Shown here in pieces: positions 61,389-64,000 of a DNA stretch of 64,000 bases. The notes under the pieces are model-generated. The model ran no database searches, was not told the origin of the DNA, and saw only the letters and a program-made list of their open reading frames with translations. Made by a program: the position numbers and the translations under genes. Numbering within the stretch: the stretch's first letter is position 1; the number at the start of each line of letters is the position of its first letter. The DNA is taken from positions 1,504,001 to 1,568,000 of the forward strand of contig CAWBMP010000004.1 in NCBI GenBank assembly GCA_963790025.1, read 5' to 3'. This stretch comes from Nitrospirota bacterium. Its GTDB lineage: Bacteria > Nitrospirota > Thermodesulfovibrionia > Thermodesulfovibrionales > Dissulfurispiraceae.

Positions 61389-63272
61389 ATGTTCAAAGAG
61401 CAAGACTATAATGTCCTGGTAATCGGCGCCGGCCACGCCGGATGCGAGGCTGCACTCGCTGCCGCCCGCCTGGGCCTTAGCACATGCATCTTCACCACTA
61501 ACCTCGATACAATTGCGCATATGTCATGCAATCCGGCTATTGGAGGTCTTGCAAAAGGTCACCTGGTAAGGGAAATCGATGCCCTTGGCGGCGAGATGGC
61601 CAAAGTTACCGATGAATCCGGAATACAGTTCAGAATGCTTAACCTCTCAAAAGGTCCTGCTGTGTGGTCGCTGCGGGCCCAGGCTGACAGGGTACTCTAC
61701 AAGCTCTCCATGCGCGGGTCACTTGAGAAGCAGGTGAACCTTACAATAAAACAGGGGTCTGTTGAAAAAATAATTGTTGAAGACAATGCTGTTACTGGAG
61801 TTGTGACTTCGCTGGGCACCTTTTATGGAGCAAGGGCAATTATTGTGACCACCGGGACCTTTTTAAAAGGACTCATCCACATAGGTACCGACAGTTTTCA
61901 GGCGGGAAGGGCGGGTGAATTCCCTTCAATAGGATTGTCGGACTCTCTTCGCGAGCTTGGGCTGAAAATGGGACGGCTAAAAACCGGCACACCTCCCCGT
62001 CTCGATGCAAGGAGCATTGATTTTTCGAAAACGACTGCTCAGTGGGGCGATTCGCCGCCCCCTCATTTTTCCTTCTCGACTGAAGCAATCACCAACCCCC
62101 AGTTGCCCTGCTACATTACATATACCAATAAAAAAACCCATGAAATAATCCTCAACAATCTTGACAGGTCTCCGCTTTACAGCGGCCGCATTAAAGGCGT
62201 CGGAGCGAGATATTGCCCCTCCATTGAGGACAAGGTAGTCAGGTTTTCCGATAAGGAGCGGCATCAGGTATTCCTGGAACCGGAGGGGCTTAAAACCACA
62301 GAATATTATGCTAATGGCATTTCTACAAGTTTGCCTTATGATGTGCAGCTTAAACTCGTGAGAAGCATCGCGGGACTGGAGCAGGCTGAGATAATGAGAC
62401 CCGCATATGCCATAGAGTATGATTTTGTTTACCCGACACAGCTTAAACATAGCCTGGAAGTGAAGGGTATAGAAGGGCTTTACCTTGGAGGGCAAATTAA
62501 CGGAACATCCGGATATGAAGAGGCCGCTGCACAGGGGTTAATGTGCGGCATCAATGCGGCACTGAAACTGAAAAGCGAACCACCTCTTGTCCTGGGCCGT
62601 GATGAGGCCTATATTGGAGTGCTTATCGATGATCTTGTAACAAAGGGGACCAGGGAACCTTACCGGATGTTCACCTCAAGAGCGGAATACAGGTTGCTGC
62701 TGAGACACGACAATGCGGATTTAAGACTCCTTGAAAAAGGGTATGCTGCCGGCCTGGTGCCGGAAGCGGTATATAACCGCTTCCTGAGGAAAAAAGAGTT
62801 AACCGAAAATGAGGTGCTCAGGTTAAAAAAAGAGCGCATAAAGCCCTCCGGCGATTTGAACTCACTATTGTCATCTTTAGATACAGCAGGAATAAGCGAA
62901 GATACTCCGCTTGATAAATTATTAAAGCGGCCTCAAGTAAAATATAGCTTTATAAAACAGCTCTCTCCCCCACCGGATGGACTTACCACGGAGATTGAAT
63001 CCGTTGTGGAAATACAGATCAAATATGAGGGCTATGTGCAAAAGCAAATGGAACTTGCTGCCAGGTTCAATAAATTTGAGTCGAAAAGGATACCTCCTTC
63101 GCTAGATTTTACTTCAATTCCCGGACTTTCCAAAGAAGTTATAGAAAAACTTCGCGAAGTTCAGCCGGAAACAATTGGCCAGGCCGGCAGAATACCGGGT
63201 GTCACCCCGGCTGCCGTATCCATACTTTTAGTAACCGTAGAAAGACATTGGAAACAGAGCGGGAACTCCTGA
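61389..63272 (+). CDS. mnmG: tRNA uridine-5-carboxymethylaminomethyl(34) synthesis enzyme MnmG (GidA)
   Basis: GAGHAGCEAA, MSCNPAIGG, RYCPSIEDK, GQINGTSGYEEAAAQG, EPYRMFTSRAEYRL. Confidence 0.98.
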   Translation: MFKEQDYNVLVIGAGHAGCEAALAAARLGLSTCIFTTNLDTIAHMSCNPAIGGLAKGHLVREIDALGGEMAKVTDESGIQFRMLNLSKGPAVWSLRAQADRVLYKLSMRGSLEKQVNLTIKQGSVEKIIVEDNAVTGVVTSLGTFYGARAIIVTTGTFLKGLIHIGTDSFQAGRAGEFPSIGLSDSLRELGLKMGRLKTGTPPRLDARSIDFSKTTAQWGDSPPPHFSFSTEAITNPQLPCYITYTNKKTHEIILNNLDRSPLYSGRIKGVGARYCPSIEDKVVRFSDKERHQVFLEPEGLKTTEYYANGISTSLPYDVQLKLVRSIAGLEQAEIMRPAYAIEYDFVYPTQLKHSLEVKGIEGLYLGGQINGTSGYEEAAAQGLMCGINAALKLKSEPPLVLGRDEAYIGVLIDDLVTKGTREPYRMFTSRAEYRLLLRHDNADLRLLEKGYAAGLVPEAVYNRFLRKKELTENEVLRLKKERIKPSGDLNSLLSSLDTAGISEDTPLDKLLKRPQVKYSFIKQLSPPPDGLTTEIESVVEIQIKYEGYVQKQMELAARFNKFESKRIPPSLDFTSIPGLSKEVIEKLREVQPETIGQAGRIPGVTPAAVSILLVTVERHWKQSGNS

Positions 63273-63871
63273 GAAAGGGGCTGACAATGCTTGGGGTCAC
63301 TGCCTCAGAAGATACCTATGTCCTTTTTTTGCGATACCTGTCTGAGTTGAAAAAATGGAACCAGGCCTACAATCTCACTGCGCTAAAAAATGATACTGAT
63401 ATAATCATAAAACACTTTTTTGATTCTTTATTATTTCTCAAAATTTTTCCACAGAGTAATGGCAATGTTTGCGACGTGGGTAGTGGTGCCGGGTTTCCGG
63501 GTGTCCCCATCGGGATCCTCAGGCCGGAACTGTCCATTACCCTGATTGAGGCGTCAAGGAAAAAATGCGCCTTCTTAAGAAACATTAAAAAGGTCCTTGC
63601 CTTAAGTAACATTACGGTACTTGAATCGCGCATAGAGGATGTCAAAGATATCGGCTTCAATATAGCAGTAACGAGAGCCCTGTTCAATATCAACGAATTT
63701 GTTAAGAAAACAGAACATGTAGTCAATAAAAACGGCTGTTTTATAATGAGCAAAGGACCAAAATATCTGGATGAACTAAAAAAGATGCCGTCTTCCGCCC
63801 ACTTTGAACATATTACGGCCATTTTACCCCTAACGTCTTTGCAAAGGCACTTGATAAGAATCACTTTTTAA
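63248..63871 (+). CDS. rsmG: 16S rRNA m7G527 methyltransferase RsmG (GidB)
   Basis: WN..YNLT, HFFDSL, DVGSGAGFPG.P, KK.AFL, RA. Confidence 0.95.
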   Translation: METERELLRKGLTMLGVTASEDTYVLFLRYLSELKKWNQAYNLTALKNDTDIIIKHFFDSLLFLKIFPQSNGNVCDVGSGAGFPGVPIGILRPELSITLIEASRKKCAFLRNIKKVLALSNITVLESRIEDVKDIGFNIAVTRALFNINEFVKKTEHVVNKNGCFIMSKGPKYLDELKKMPSSAHFEHITAILPLTSLQRHLIRITF

Positions 63872-63884
63872 TTTTTTTTCGCTA

Positions 63885-63913
63885 TTGACATTGGTAATAG
63901 AAACTGCTAACAT
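63885..63913 (+). promoter_or_regulatory. Sigma70-like promoter reading out of the window
   Basis: TTGACA-17 bp-TAACAT. Confidence 0.65.
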
Positions 63914-64000
63914 AGTCTGAGATGTTCTTTGAGTCTTAGGTTTTTTCCTTACTATAGTGTCTCAGGTCAAGCAAGGTTACGTATTTGCGTGGCTTTATGA

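Overview
Bacterial chromosomal window from an anaerobe; gene content is reminiscent of Nitrospirota/Thermodesulfovibrionia or Desulfobacterota (inference only). Housekeeping genes occupy both ends: tolQ, hldE kinase, hisFA; recQ, speD, pgk, gap, nrdR, glyA, rpiB; a cooC-fau-folE-folD-hdrCBA-mvhD(Sec)-metVF cluster; selA, nfi, dgt, two parS sites, lipid-modification genes and mnmG-rsmG, which suggests an origin-proximal location. An accessory/defence island follows a tRNA-Met gene (~6.6-28 kb). It holds a GIY-YIG nuclease, an IS110 element whose bridge-RNA guides can be matched to its own ends and flanks, a 5'-truncated TM0106-type nuclease, and a type I R-M operon with darTG inserted between hsdS and a heavily frameshifted hsdR. 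It also holds an AT-rich two-gene cassette (tandem MazG-like pyrophosphatase plus thymidylate kinase with an unknown C-terminal domain), the best candidate for an undescribed anti-phage system, and a Y1 HUH (RAYT-like) transposase bounded by terminal inverted repeats. Several single-base frameshifts (hisA, IS110, darT, hsdR) may be sequencing or assembly errors. All calls are from motif recognition by eye; no searches were run.
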